Positions 1 through 15,137 of a stretch of DNA of 64,000 bases are shown here, piece after piece. The translations under genes were made by a program, and so were the position numbers. The stretch is from Octopus vulgaris (taxonomy: Eukaryota): the NCBI GenBank assembly GCA_951406725.2, contig OX597824.1:8122001-8186000 (forward strand). Reading direction: 5' to 3'. The notes under the pieces were generated by a model, which worked only from the letters and a program-made list of their open reading frames with translations, searched no databases and was not told where the DNA came from. The stretch's first letter is position 1; each line of letters opens with the position of its first letter.

Positions 1-1798
1 TCCCAAATCAATGGTGGAATACACAAAAACAACAACTCTTTTTTTTCGAGAGAGAGAAAATTAAAAAGCAATGAATATTTATTAAGGTAATCAATAATCA
101 ATAATTTTAAATAATTTGCATTTGATGCCATCACCTATCATCAATAAAATTGCATAATGCTAGAACTACTCTCAAACCTAACCCAGCGTTGACATGCTGA
201 TGCCTTGGCTCAAACGGAGATCAATATTAATTGCAAATGATTTCTGTTGCTTAATTTTGTTCGTTAATATCAAGATCCTCAATCCAGTTGCTTAAGAATA
301 ACTGGGAACTGTTGCTACTAAGTGTAAGCAAAACCTAACAAGAGACTCCAGGCATGTGCAAGGAATAAAATTTTATATCAAATTACTATTCGGATCAATA
401 CTGATTTCCTTAATTCTTAAAAAATCTAAACAAATAAAGAAATATTGATACCAGGCAAAAAATACAGCCTTCTTTAAAAAAAAAATGACTCAAATGAATT
501 AATAACAGCAATCACAAATAAATACATAAATGAGCAACTCAAATGCCAATAAAATCAATATTAACAGATTGGTTTGGGTTTGGGTGTGAGAGAGAAAAGT
601 TATTTAAGAATGTGTGAAAGTGCATTACATCAAATATCCTGCAAATGCAATAAGCAGCTTTATGGAAGTTCTCCAAAATAATGGAATGAACTTTTAAAGC
701 AGACAGCAGTCATATCCGAAATGAGATTTCCTAATTGTTGACAGTGGTAAATGGCTTCCAGGAGGTGTTTCCTTCTGGAAAGCAGAATGGTTCCATTATT
801 GAAATGTCCAATGTTAGAATTCTTAATAGCTTGGATTCAAAGCCAGATGGGAGAGGAAAAGAGGGAGAGAGAGGAAGAGTGAGATAATGTGGAAGATGCA
901 AGAAGTGTAGTTCAGATGTGAGCATGTGTTTTGGTAGAGAAAGCAGGTATAGCTATGTGAAATTCGTTTCACAACCAGACGGTTCATGTACAGCTTTCAG
1001 TAAGTGACTGCTATTATTGCTCTAGGTCAGCCAATTCTTTGTTTATATAATCCAAACAGACAAACACACACACTGCTGTCTTCTCTTGTCAGTAGAGACC
1101 AAATAAGCATTAAAACACATAACATCTGAAGGAGGCCCCAAACAAATACATTCCATATTCACCCAGTATGTTTGGAATGATTATAAACAATGGTCCAGAA
1201 AAAAACGTTTTCCATTTCTTCTATCTGTTTTGCTATGTTAACAGGTCTTACCAATTTTTATACAACCCCAATACAGATTATTCTCTATAGCTAGGGGCAT
1301 TGCCCTATATTAACTGTCAACAGCATTTCTACTTGTCTAAAGCATCATTTTCTGAAACAAATGAAACCACCCATTGCAAGATAATCCAAGAGAATTAGGA
1401 AATTTTAATCCCTTGTCTGTGTGTGTGTTCTTTGATCATCATCATCATCATCATTGTTTAATGTCCGTTTTCCATGCTAGCATGGGTTGGACAGTTTGAC
1501 TGGGGTCTGGGAAGCCAGGAGGCTGCACCAGGCTCCAGTCTGATCTGGTAGTGTTTCTGAAGCTGGATGCCCTTCCTAACACCAACCACTCTGTGAGTGT
1601 AGTGGGTGCTTTTTACGTGCCAGGGGAGGCTGGCAACGGCCACGATTGGTTGGTGCTTTTTACGTGCCACCGGCACAGAAGCCAGTCAAGGCAATATTTT
1701 TCATTTATATTTCTATAAACATCAGTTTCATCGTCCCATCTCACCACAACCACCACCACTTCATCTGTTCTTGCAACCAAGCACAAGACAGCTGCTCA

Positions 1799-1969
<171 letters not shown>

Positions 1970-3042
1970 CTACAAAAATAAAAGACAAAAAAAAAAAGGG
2001 CCATTATTAACCAAAACAAAAACAAAAACAATCTAAACCCAAGATAAACCAGAAGCATTAAAGACGGTCTTTTTTGGTAAATAAAATAGTTTAGAATACA
2101 TTATAATTCTGCAAATTTATTTTATGAAAATTAATAGCAAGCTCACTTGCCATGCAGTGTTGGGGGAAATATTTATAGAATTGGGTGTTTTTTGCAAAGG
2201 TTTACTTGAATACGACTAACGATAATTAATCAGATTAATCTAATTCTCTCAAACATATAACATGAAACCTTGTTTAATTTCAATCCTTAGATATTTTGAA
2301 AACATGGAAACTATAGAATCACGCAACTAACCCCAATCCCTTAAAATTACTGGCATTCTGCCAAAATTTGAAACCCTTATAATTACTATAATATCAAGAC
2401 AATTCATTATCAAGTTAGAAAGGGTCGGCACAGATGGTGATGTACTGAGCCCTAATTAATTCCATTGAAAAGACAAAGGTAGATTGACAGTGATAGAGAT
2501 GACTGCAAATGACCAGATCCCAAAGCCTTCACTCAATACATGGTACAAAGCATAGTACCAACACTAATTAAGAGAAAGAGAGAGAGTAACAGGAAAATAA
2601 GTAAGTATATGCTTCTTTCAGCATGAGAAGAATAAAAACAGTTTTATGTAAATACAAATGTTTAGCAGCAGTTATAATCGACAGATTTATCTCCCCTTGC
2701 GCCAATCTCCACATTAAGAGATCAATGAAATAAATGCTACAACTGACTGTCATATATATATATATATATATATCATCATCATTTAACGTCCATTTTCCAG
2801 GCTGGCATGGGTTGGACGACATGATGATGATAACAATGTAAATCCTACAGCATAAACTGAAAAGTAACTAGAGAAATTAGAAAATTACTATTTTTAAATC
2901 TCATAAACGTGAGATATTCAGCAACAGTACTTTGTAGTAAGGACTGTTTGCCAACATAACATGGCAGTCCTGGTTTAGGACTAATGTTGCTGTAATTTAG
3001 CCCCTGGAGACATCGTCTCCAGCTGGCTATATGACATGATCT

Positions 3043-3245
3043 CTGGCAGAAACATTAGCACACCGGGCGAAATGCTTAGAGGTATTTTGTCTGTCGTTTG
3101 CCGAAGTCGACTTTGCCTTTCATCCTCTTGGGGTCAATTAAATAAGTACCAGTTACACACTGGGGTCGATGTAATCGACTTAATCCCTTTGTCTGTCCTT
3201 GTTTGTCCCCTCTATGTTTAGTCCCTTTTGGGTAGTAAAGAAATG
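3043..3245 (+). mobile_element. SINE family B (Nin/Deu-domain-like), 5' truncated, with a 15-bp TSD
   Basis: Core gcctttcatcct...ggggtc.at.aa.taagtaccag. TSD tatatgacatgatct at 3028-3042 and 3246-3260. Confidence 0.88.
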
Positions 3246-3566
3246 TATATGACATGATCTGGTTATACAACACAGATATTGTTTTGAGCTGAGTGGGGGG
3301 CGCTAGATTCCTTAGATTCCCTTGTTTGAAAATATAAGGACACAGATTGTGTTATGTAGCTGTTGAGACAGCAAACCACAAAACATGGTTGGAATTCCTT
3401 CCAGAACATATATGATAATGCTTTCAGTTTGACGATTTTATTTTACTGTCAATTCAAAATTAGAGAAAAACTAACAAAATAACACAGCAGAGGAAATCGA
3501 GAGAAAAAAAAAAGAACCACTTTTAAGTGACCCAAGCTCTTCAGCGTGATCTACATTACAAAATTA

Positions 3567-4210
<644 letters not shown>

Positions 4211-5241
4211 AGTATACATATTTATATTTATGTATGTAGCATGTGTGTTTGTCCTCCCCACCATCACTTGAGAACCAATATTGGTGTTTACGTCCCTGTA
4301 GCTTAGTGGTTTGGCAAAAAGAGACCAATAGAATAAGTAAAAGGCTTACAAAGAATAAGTCCAGGAGTTGATTTGTCTGACTAAAGGCGTTGCTCCAGCC
4401 TGGCCGCAATCAGTTCTCCCTGGACTCTTGAGACAACCTGACCAAAGCAGCCTTTAGTTTCTTCATTAAAATCCAATGGTCTTATTTTAAAATTAAAATA
4501 TTTGGTAATAATTTTACGTAAAACTCCTGTTAATTTATTTCACTTTTGGATTTGGTTTGCAAGATTCTTTATGTGAATTCGTATGTTGAAGCATATTTTA
4601 TTGTCTGGGGAGAGTCATTTTCTTTTAGTGCCTTATAATGTAACACACTCACTGGGTAAAGTTTCCACTCATTTACTTCTTTATTTTCCTAAGATTTTCA
4701 TTGCGTCTTGCAACCTTTTAAATAGTCATCAACTCACCTTTTAATTTATTTGACTAAATAGGCACAAGTTTGGTTGCATGGCAAAGAAGCTCACTTTACA
4801 ACCATATACTCTTAAGTTCAGTCCCACTGCACAGTAGCCTTGGGCAAGAATCTTTACCTGGGCTGTACCATAACTTGTGAGCAAATTTGGTAGACAGAAT
4901 GTGAAAACCCATTGTGTGTGTGCGTGCATGCATGCGTTTATTTGGTTGGCTGCACAGACAGACAGACATAGTGTCCACCATCGGTGTTGGTTATATTTCT
5001 AACTCTGTAACTTAGTGCCATGAAAACGAGACTAATAAACTAAGTCACGATCATAAAACAAGTACTGGAGTCGATTCATTTGACTAAAAAAATTCTTCAA
5101 GGCAGTGCCCCAGCATGGCCAGTCTAATGAATGGAACCAGTCTAAGATGAAAGAAAAGATGAAAGATGGAATATTTGAAGCTGGAGAACAACTGATTCTT
5201 TGAAGAGTTCAGCAGGCAGTAAACTCTGCCAAAAAGGATAC

Positions 5242-5329
5242 GTACTCCATTCACACCAGTTATTTTAAAATCATCTAATAATTGCACAGCTTTCTCTCTA
5301 TTGCTATCATTCTGATCACTGTCTCGGAC
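5242..5329 (-). CDS. SRPK: SRPK exon: VRDSDQNDSNREKAVQLLDDFKITGVNGV
   Basis: Acceptor ttctctttcag and donor gtatcc; 88 nt, phase 0 to 1. VQLLDDFK motif. Confidence 0.96.
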
Positions 5330-5419
5330 CTGAAAGAGAAGAAGAAGAAGAAAATGGTTTAAGTCAAGCAAACTTTAACAAAGAATACAAATTCAACTAT
5401 GACATGCGTTATTTTACAA

Positions 5420-5469
<50 letters not shown>

Positions 5470-5940
5470 GTGTTTAGTTCACAAAATATCCCATACTCTG
5501 GGATATTCTAGTACCGGGCAGAATCCATAGACACTGACCCTCCCCCTCCAGACTAAATCAATAGTTGTATGGTTAAAAAGCTCACTTTGTAAACCAAGTG
5601 GTTTCAGGTTCAGTCCCACTGTCCAGCAATCTGGGCATAAGTCTCATACTATGGCCCCAGGTTAAGCAATATCTTTTGAGTGGAATTAGTAGACGCAATC
5701 CGTGTGGAAGCCTGTCATTTGGATGTAGATACAAGTACACGTGCGTGCGAGTGTGTGTGTGTGTGTGTGTGTGTCACCACCATGGCTTGATAACCAATGT
5801 TGGTTTGTTTATTTCCCCATAATTTAGTGCTTTGGGGAAAGAATCTGATAGAATAACTTTAATAAAAAAACTGGGGTTGATCTGTTTTGATTAAAAACCT
5901 TCAAAGGGGCGCCCCAGCAATGACTGCAATAAGTAAAACA

Positions 5941-6172
5941 GGGCGGCAAGCTGGCAGAATTGTTAGCATGCCAGGCGAAATGCTTGGCAGTATTTCGTCT
6001 GCCTTTATGCTCTGAGTTCAAATTCTGCTGAGGTCAACTTTGCCTTTCATCCTTTCAGGGTCGATTAAATAAGTACCAGTTACGCACTGGGGTCGATGCA
6101 ATCAATTTAATCCCTTTGTCTGTCCCTGTTTGTCCCCCCTATGTTTAGCCCCTTGTGGGCAATAAAGAAATA
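5941..6172 (+). mobile_element. SINE family B copy
   Basis: Head ggcggcaagctggcagaa, B-box gagttcaaatt, same core. Confidence 0.88.
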
Positions 6173-6666
6173 AACAAGTAAAAGATAAGATAAATATTAG
6201 TTTGATCAGAGCAGACAAACAATTACAACAACAACTTAAAGTAAACAAATGAAATGAAGAAGAAGAATTAAGCTTAAATGACATCTGACATTCAATTAGG
6301 ACAAAATTAAATAGAAGAAGCCAAACGTGATTGGCAAGACTTTGTCCTAAAACGTGTTTCAGTAAATATAATTTTAAACTCACATGATTTGAAGAATACC
6401 AAGGAGTACAGAGATTGCCAAGATGGTACAGTGTGTGGGTGTTTTAAATGAAAACCTGTTCCTAAAACACACAAATGCTGTAACCACAAGCTTTTAAATA
6501 TAGACATGGCAACCTGTTTCGTGGCAGAAGGTTAACATTAAGGCCATCCCAGAAAGATTCTTTTCAGAGTTTCATTCAGGACAAAGAAAAACAAGGAGAA
6601 AAAATTTCTTTTTACATAACCACATTCCAGAGTGTCACAGAATGGATGAAGAAAATTTATAACTTA

Positions 6667-7021
6667 CTAGCAGTATCGCCCGGCGTTGCTCGGGTTTGTA
6701 AGGGAAATAACTATATAAGCATTTTTAGAGATGTAAAGTATAATAGCCATCTCAATATGGCTAACCACAAAGGGGGGTGTTACTGTAGCTTTTAAATAAT
6801 AAATTTTTAGAGAGTTACTTCCCTTATATATGCCAAAAATGCATTAAAAATGGGAAAAAATGATGGTAAATTTTTTTTTAAATCGTAGACGCACACTAAT
6901 ACCCAGAAGGGCTCGATATGAATCACGACTATAAGATACCCGCTTTTGGTTACACTGCACTGCAAAATGTGGAAGTAGTTAGGAATCTAACAGCACACAA
7001 CCTTACTTTTATATATAAAGA
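6667..7021 (-). mobile_element. Non-autonomous Helitron
   Basis: Minus strand begins TCTTTATATATAAAAG and ends with a cccgagcaacgccggg hairpin then CTAG. Sits between A and T with no TSD. Confidence 0.85.
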
Positions 7022-7084
7022 TTTACACAGTTCAAGATTGAGAGAGAGAGAGAGAAGTGATTACATACTGTTCTATATTTTTTA

Positions 7085-7348
7085 GACGAGGAATTATGTA
7101 CATTACTTACAATGGACAGACAGGTGTTCTCACCTCATTTGTTGTTTCCATAATGTTTCGGCTGATGTACCCTCCAGCCTTCATCAGGTGTTCTGGTGGA
7201 ATTTTGAACCCAACCCTTTATTTCACTAATGGGGTACTCTGTTCTCATTCCTAAGGTATTCTTTATTTTGCTGGTTTCATTTTTTGCTGCATATAGCGTA
7301 GTGGATAAGAGAGCGGGCTACTAACTCTCGGATTCTGAGATCAATCCC
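7085..7348 (-). mobile_element. Second copy of the hammerhead-bearing element (hammerhead 7148-7191) with an inverted tRNA-like head (7293-7345, +)
   Basis: Minus strand ACAC-CTGATGA-aGGCTG..CAGCC-GAAAC-att-atg. Shares the ttctcattcctaaggtatt segment with the 24-kb copy. Confidence 0.65.
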
Positions 7349-8000
7349 AGGCAGGGACTTGGGAAATAATATCTTCTACTATAGCCTCAGGCTGACTAAA
7401 AGCCTTGTGAGTGGATTTGGTAGATGGAAACTGAAAGCAGCCCATTGTGTGTATGTATATATATATATGTTTGTGTGTCTGTGTTTGTCCTCCCCACCAT
7501 CGCTTGACAACTGATGTAGGTGTGTTTACATTCTCATAACTTAATGGTTCGACAAAAGAGATCGACAGAATAAGTACTAGGCTTAGAAAGAATAAGCCCT
7601 GGAGTCGATTTGTTCGACTAAATGCGGTGCTGCAGCATGGCCACAGTCAAATGACTGAAACAAGTAAAAGAATAAAAGGATATATATATAGTGCTGAAAA
7701 GTTACCCGATTTAAGGGTCTCATGAAAGGCTTGGCTGGAGGCCTAACCTTCCCAGTTCTTTTGCAGGGCTTACAGAAACTGAAGGACTGTTGCAATAAGC
7801 GTGTGAGTCTGAGAGGGGAAGATGTCGAATAAAATCCTAATTGACTGATCCTTCTGTATTTTCTTTTACCCAAAGCCAGGAACTTGCATTTCATTTCTTT
7901 AAAAGATTGATTAGTTTTCCTTTTCTGTAAGCCAAATACTAGAACACTATTGCACAATACAGCCCTCACAGAATTTAACCAACTGGCCAGGACTGCCTGA

Positions 8001-8502
8001 CTAGCTCTCGTGCATGTGGCACATAAAAAGCACCAATTGAATGTAGCCGATGCCAGGAACCCCTGACTGGCTCTTGTGCTGGTGGCACGTAAAAAGCACC
8101 ATCCAAACGTGACCGATGCCAGTACTCCCTAATTGGCCTTCATGCCGGTGGCATGTAAAAAGCACTATCCACACGTGGCCAATGCCAGGATCGCCTGGCT
8201 GGCTCATGTGCCGGTGGAATGTAAAAAAACACCATCTGAACATGGCCAATGCCAGTACCCCCTGATTGGCACATAAAAAGCACTATCCAAACGTGATCGA
8301 TGCCAGACCCGCCTGATTGGTTCCTGTGCCGGTGGCACATAAAAGCACCCACTACACACTCAGAGTGGTTGGTGTTAGGAAGGGCATCCAGCTACAGAAA
8401 CATTGCCAGATCAAGGTTGGAGCCTGGTGCAGCCACCTGGTTCGCCAGACCTCAGTCAAACCTGTCAAACCCACGCCAGCATGATGTTAAACGATGATGA
8501 TG
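8001..8502 (+). mobile_element. Family C element: about 60-bp tandem units plus an RTE-like 3' end and (GAT)n tail
   Basis: Repeated gtgccggtggcacgtaaaaagcacc units, then ggaagggcatccagct...catg...gttaaacgatgatgatg. Confidence 0.85.
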
Positions 8503-8514
8503 TCCTACCAATCA

Positions 8515-8730
<216 letters not shown>

Positions 8731-9379
8731 TTATATTCAAGTAAGCGCCTTTGAAACGGCAGCACCAAATGTCATGCAGGTAGAACGTAGGAGGAAATAG
8801 GGAAGGAAGCTCTATAGGAGATTCCACCGCCCACCAAACCTGCCATTCTGTTACTCTTGAAATATACTAACCTTTATTTCAATTAACTTTTAGAATGAAG
8901 AATTTAGTAAAATATCTGTCGTAATTAAGACAGCAAGGTGATGGAATCGTTAGAGTATCAGAAAAATGGTTTTGTAGCATTTGTTGTGGTACTTTGTATT
9001 CGGAGTTCAAACCTTGGTTCCCTTTGGTTCCATAAAGTAAAGTATGGTTCAAGTACAAAGGTCAACAGAATCGACTAAGCTCCTCCTTCTTCTTCTCAAA
9101 ATTCTTGACTTTGTTCCTAAATCTAGTGTTTGGAATATAACATGCAATTATAATGGAAGACTTTTCTATTTTGATCTCTTTAAAACAGGAAATTTCTATC
9201 ATTGAACCAAAGGAGATCTCAGGCAAAATGCTATGCAGATGGACAAAACTAAGCGAAACCGATGTAGAAATCAATAATTATTATGTTAACTAAAGATGTT
9301 CTTTGAAACTGAAATGTCTACATAACAGGTTGGAATTGGGACTTTTATAGAAGAGTAGCACCAAGAACTCTGTAGTCAT

Positions 9380-9660
9380 CATTGTTATCATCATTGTTTA
9401 ACATCCACTTTCCATGCTAGCATGGGTTGGACTATTTGACTTGAGGACTGGCGAACCAGGAGGCTGCACCAGGCTCCAGTCTTGACCTGGCAGAGTTTCT
9501 ACAGCTCGATGCCCTTCCTAAAGCCAACCACTCCGAGAGTGTAGTGGGTGCTTTTTACGTGCTACCAGCACAGGGGGCCAGTCAGGCGGTACTGGCAACG
9601 ACCTCGCTCGAATCTTTTTACACATGCCACCGGCACAGGTGCCAGTAAGGCAATGCTGGT
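9380..9660 (-). mobile_element. Family C copy
   Basis: Reverse complement of the 8300-8500 region. Confidence 0.85.
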
Positions 9661-10141
9661 AAAATCCAAATTTTCTACCGAAATTTACAACCATAAATGA
9701 TGGAGCCACTTGCAGACCAAGATGACTCTGGGGGACCAAAACATTCTGTGTGAAATGTAACACGATTTGGAAAGACAGCAATGATTTTTTGAATGTTTAC
9801 ACTACATATTACGTCAACTTACATGCTGGAAAATATGGTCTTCTTCAACTTGGGCCATCGAGACAATCACGATATTATATTTAGTCAAGGGACCTATTTA
9901 CATCACACACTTTCAGTTTCATTGTGTCTCTCATAATGAAGCAATTTTTTCAGTGAAACAAACGATAAACAAATTTCTATAGACATGTTTCTAATTAATA
10001 CCAATAATTGTTAATAAGAAGAAACGCCACATTTCCAAGGCAAGGTCACTAGGTTACCTTCGAAGCACCTAAGGCAATCTTTAAATAAATCCCTGCCTAA
10101 TTCATAGCCAAGAATATACTATAATCTTATTTGTCATGGTT

Positions 10142-11483
10142 TGGTTTTAATTATCATAAGAATATAAATATGACCGATAAGCCAGTTGGTAATTATAAGT
10201 AATTTGTGGGAGTACAGAACATAATTAGAAACAGAAGTATCTGGAACTCTGAACTTGTGAATCAAATAATGCACAAGCCTTAGGGCAAAAAACACCATTA
10301 TTTGAATTCCTGGACTTAAAATAGATTCAATAGATTCAGTGAATGTGGCTTTCCATGTTAAATACCAAAATTTCTAAAAAAACATGAAAATTTGAATACA
10401 AAAATACATAGGCACAGGAGTGGCTGTGTGGTAAGTAGCTTGCTTACCAACCACATGGTCCCGGGTTCAGTCCCACTGTGTGGCACCTTGGGCAAGTGTC
10501 TTCTGCTATAGCCTCGGGCCGACCAAAGCCTTGTGAGTGGATTTGGTAGACGGAAACTGGAAGAAGCCCGTCACATATATGTATATATATGTATGTGTGT
10601 GTATATGTTTGTGTCTGTGTTTGTCCCGCCAGCATTGTTTGACAACCGATGCTGGTGTGTTTACGTCCCGGTAACTTAGCATTTCGGCAAAAGAGACCAA
10701 TAGAATAAGTACTAGGCTTACAAAGAAGAAGCTCTGGGGTCGATTTAAACTAAATACATGGCATTGGTGACCAAACTGGAGCAATGACAATGAACTTCAT
10801 ACCATGAACTCCCAGGGAGTATTGTAAGGAGGTTCAATTTCTGAAGGGCTGCTTAAACGGGGCCCCACTGACCTCCAACTATTTTTGCTGCATTTACCTC
10901 GCTCCTACACTTATTGATTAAACTATGATCAGCATCAGTGCTTAGCACATTTGCAGAAATAAGTTTGGGCATTCTAAATACCTTCAGGTACATTCAAATT
11001 GAGATAAAGAATTATAACAGGTACGTTTCAAGTGTGGTAGTGTAGTTATTTATATTTTGTCGTTTATGAAACTTATGTCTAGTATACACACACATGAACA
11101 CTAATATCAATCAGTAAGAATGAGTACGTAACACTGCACTAGTGGATAAATATTCTTTAGTCGTGGGTAAACAAAACTACCAATGGTTTCATGTAGAGAG
11201 GAATCTTAACAATTATCAAGCCTGCCACATGAGAACATGGGTACTCATCTCCATTTTGGCAGGCTTCATATCTGTACAGAGACTCCGCTTTACATAAAAC
11301 CATTGGTAGCCTTGTTAATATACAAACAAAGAATAAAGAGTATGTGTACACACACACAGTCCTATAGTCTGAAGATGATTATTAATGGTTTTAATTATCA
11401 TAAGAATATAAATATGACCGTTAAGCCAGTTAGTAAATATAAGTAATTTGTGGGAATACAAAGCATAATTAATAACAAAAGTA
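10142..11483 (+). repeat. 98-bp direct repeat pair (10142-10239 and 11386-11483)
   Basis: Both start tggttttaattatcataagaatataaatatgaccg and are collinear without gaps. Confidence 0.9.
10410..10745 (+). mobile_element. SINE family A copy
   Basis: Aligns to 3808-4210. Confidence 0.9.
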
Positions 11484-12658
11484 CTTGATTACTTTGTCAA
11501 GAGTGATCATGCATCAACATGCGTCTGCAGCCAAGGGCAAGACTTTCTGGTTTTTTTTTTGGTTTTTTTGTCAAGGAAGACTGGTGGTTGTCTGTGCATA
11601 TGTGTTTATCTTCCTTCTCCATACCACCACCATTTTAACCTGTTTATCCAGGGAAAAATCTGCTAGTTTAGGCTAAAACAGTTTGGCATCGGTGTTGCTG
11701 CAGGCGCTGATGCTAGAATACAAAGAGCTGGGGAAAATACCACAAAGCATCACGTCTGGCAATCTAAGAGTTGCACCAACCCCCAACTCTCCATAAAGGC
11801 CAAAAGACAGAGATGACCTCCAAGAGGTGGTGGAACAAATACCACAGGATATTCTCTCCGCTCCATTCACCACCTTTCTTTCCGCTGAAATTCCAGGTTT
11901 AATGTTTGGTGGGAAGAAGAGAGAGAGAGAGATTTCCTTTTAGCCTTCTCGGAATTGGTATATAGGATATATTGATCAAAGAGCATATTAATAACTGAAA
12001 GGAGACTAATGCTACTACATTTTCAACACTGTGCTACAGAATATATTCATTCACGTAACAGTGGCAGCAAAAAGGAAATAGAAAGAGAGGATTGTATAAC
12101 TCGTGGTGAAAGTCACTGGTGTGATGGAAAGGGGATACTTTATCAATGCTTGTGTTCATGTTGTACAGCCAAAGAAGGTTACAAACTTATGCAGCGCTGG
12201 AAAGCCACGAGGAAGCTATTCCCCCCTGGCAGTTAATTATAGTCTATGTAACTAGTATGTCTAGATATAATTTCACACCTACATTCATCAAAAGGTTAGA
12301 AGAAGATGAAGGGAGATGGTCTCAAAAGCATTTGAAAGTTATCCAATTTAGATGCAAAATGGGTTTGTTACCAGAAACACATTGGCCGAGTGTGCAGGAA
12401 AGGTGACAAGAAAATTTCAATGAAAATCAATACCCATTACTCTTTTCAACTTTCATTTTAGCTGCTGTAATTTGTTGCCAACGCAAGATTTTGGGAAGAT
12501 TTAAAAATTGTAACATTTTCAGAAAGTATAGAGCTATGGAACTACAGAAGTTATACATACTATTGGCAAAACTTTTTCTACAATTTTTTTTTTTTTTTTT
12601 AGAAAATGGCCAATGCTATAAATCGATAAAATATAGTAAGAAATGGCCAATCGATAAA

Positions 12659-13072
12659 TCATCATCATCATCGTTCAACGTCCGCTTTCCATGCTAGCAT
12701 GGGTTGGACGATTTTGACTGAGGGCTAGCAAACCAGATAGCTGCACCAGGCTTCAATCTTGATCTGGCAGAGTTTTTACGACTGGATGCCCTTCCTAACG
12801 CCAACCACTCCGAGAGTGTAGTGGGTGCTTTTTACGTGCCACCGGCACGAGGGCCAGTCAGGTGGTACTGGCAATGACCTCGCTCGAATCTTTTTGCACA
12901 TGCCACCGGCACAGGTGCCAGTAAGGCGATGCTGGTAACGATCACGTTTGAATGGTGCCTTTTTACATGCTACCAGCAAGGAAGCCAGTTAGCCACTCTG
13001 GCAACGATCATGCTCGGATGGTGCTCTTAGCACCCTACCAGCACGGGCACAAGTGCCAGTAAGGCGACACTG
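12659..13072 (-). mobile_element. Family C copy
   Basis: (CAT)n tail at left; closely matches 15600-15988 in reverse. Confidence 0.85.
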
Positions 13073-13410
13073 ATAGTAAGGCATAGTAAAAAGAAAACAA
13101 AAAGGAATAAAATTGAAATATTTATTTTAATGTGCATTTTCCCATGAGTTAGATATATTGCTGAAGAATTGCTTTACAGCCAGATGCGCCCTTTCTGCTC
13201 TAAACCCTTACTTGGTTTTAAGGTAAGGGATCTCTTGCCAAGCCAGTTGGAAACTTGTTAACAGGGGTAAATGATAACAATGTCACTGCTCAGTGATTTT
13301 TGGAGAAACAGAAATGTGAACACACACGACAAGCTTCTTTCAGTTTCCATTTACAATGTTGTGCAAGGAGGCTGACCTTGAAACTGTCATCAGAAACCAT
13401 ACACCCATTG

Positions 13411-13456
<46 letters not shown>

Positions 13457-13556
13457 AAATAAGAGAAATGTGTTTACTAGTGACTAGCATGCATAAAATA
13501 GTCAATAGACAACATATTTTTCATATAAAATTAATGTATATTTATACACATATAGT

Positions 13557-13772
13557 GTGACTCTAAACAGGACACCTTACATGATAAAAGGAACAGTCAA
13601 AGCCCAGAACACGCATAACAAATTTTATTTATTCATTGATGTTCGAAACCTAGGTACAAGTGGTAACTATTGAAAATGTTTTTATTTTTCATCCCCCTTT
13701 GAAATTACTCTTAACCATGGTTTGGGCTTTGACTGTTCCTTTTAGCATGTAAGGTGTCCTGTTTAGGGTCAC
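13557..13772. mobile_element. MITE with 50-bp terminal inverted repeats
   Basis: 13557-13606 is the reverse complement of 13723-13772 with 2 mismatches. Confidence 0.8.
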
Positions 13773-13804
13773 CTCTTGTGTGTGTATGTGTGTAATATAT
13801 ATCT

Positions 13805-14201
13805 CTTTTACTTGTTTCAGTCATTTGACTGCGGCCATGTTGGAGCACCGCCTTTAGTCGAGCAAATCGACCCCGGGACTTATTCTTTGTAAGCCTAGTA
13901 CTTATTCTATCGGTCTCTTTTGCCGAACCGCTAAGTCACGGGGACATAAACACACCAGCATCGGTTGTCAAGCAATGCTAGAGGGACAAACACAGACACA
14001 CAAACATATACATACACATACATATATATATATATACATATATACGACAGGCTTTCCGTCTCTACCAAATCCACTCACAAGGCATTGGTCGGCCCGAGGC
14101 TATAGCAGAAGACACTTGCCCAAGATGCCACGCAGTAGGACTGAACCCACAACCATGTGGTTGATAGGCAAGCTACTTACCACACAGCCACTCCTGCACC
14201 T
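13805..14201 (-). mobile_element. SINE family A copy
   Basis: Reverse complement of family A. Confidence 0.9.
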
Positions 14202-15137
14202 GTATATATATATATATATGATTCCGTTGAATTAGGTACTTAAATTGAGGTGTTTAATGAATTAAAGGAGCCGCTTGAAACGGCTGTAATGAATTGACAC
14301 CTGTACATTTTGTTACTAATTTATATTATATGTGTGTTTGCATGTATAGACACACACACACTCACTCACTCACACATACACTTATTTCAACAATAAGTTT
14401 TCATGTATTATAAGGAAGTTTTGAGCAAGGAGATCCTCTACACAGTGGTTTGGCCTGCTCAAAATAGTACCCAAATTTCCCTCATATCATCCAACCAACT
14501 TAAACCCTTTTGGTACCAACCTAGCTGAGACCTTATTAAGTCCTTCGATACAACCCTCCCTACCACATATTAACATGTTCGTATTTATATTATAACTTCC
14601 AGTCATACTTTTACAAAAGAATCATTTCATAAGTTATGTTCTTCAAACAATAATTTAAGATAGAAATAGATGTATTCATTATTTCACTAAAACTCTCTGA
14701 ATTCTTTTATTGTGAAAATTAAATGGAAACACAAAAGCAGTGAAGATTTCAATAGAAATACGCTAACAAAAGTGTTAACGGATTGAATAGGACACCCCAC
14801 ACCACCCCCACATACACTCATACACTGATAAACATATGACAAACTGACTGATACAAAGCAAATACAGTAACAGACCACTTATTTGGCTTCCAGAAATCTG
14901 GGAATACTGTACAATACGAAATACCCTGTATGAGCAAAAACAGACCCTGTTTTTAAAAACGGCTAAGTTGCTTATAGTGTGTTAAAAAAAGATTTCGTTT
15001 TAAAGTGGTTTCATAAAGATTAACCCTTTAATATTTAAACCATCTCTATCCAACCCAAATATTCCACCCGTTTTGTGTTCAAACTAACCAGATCTGACCT
15101 CCCACACCTATCCTACAATGTCATTCTAGAAATAAAG

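Noticed and set aside
11600-12410. Cluster of 63-86 aa ORFs
   Set aside because: Short, on both strands, with no motifs or splice support; probably a decayed transposon.
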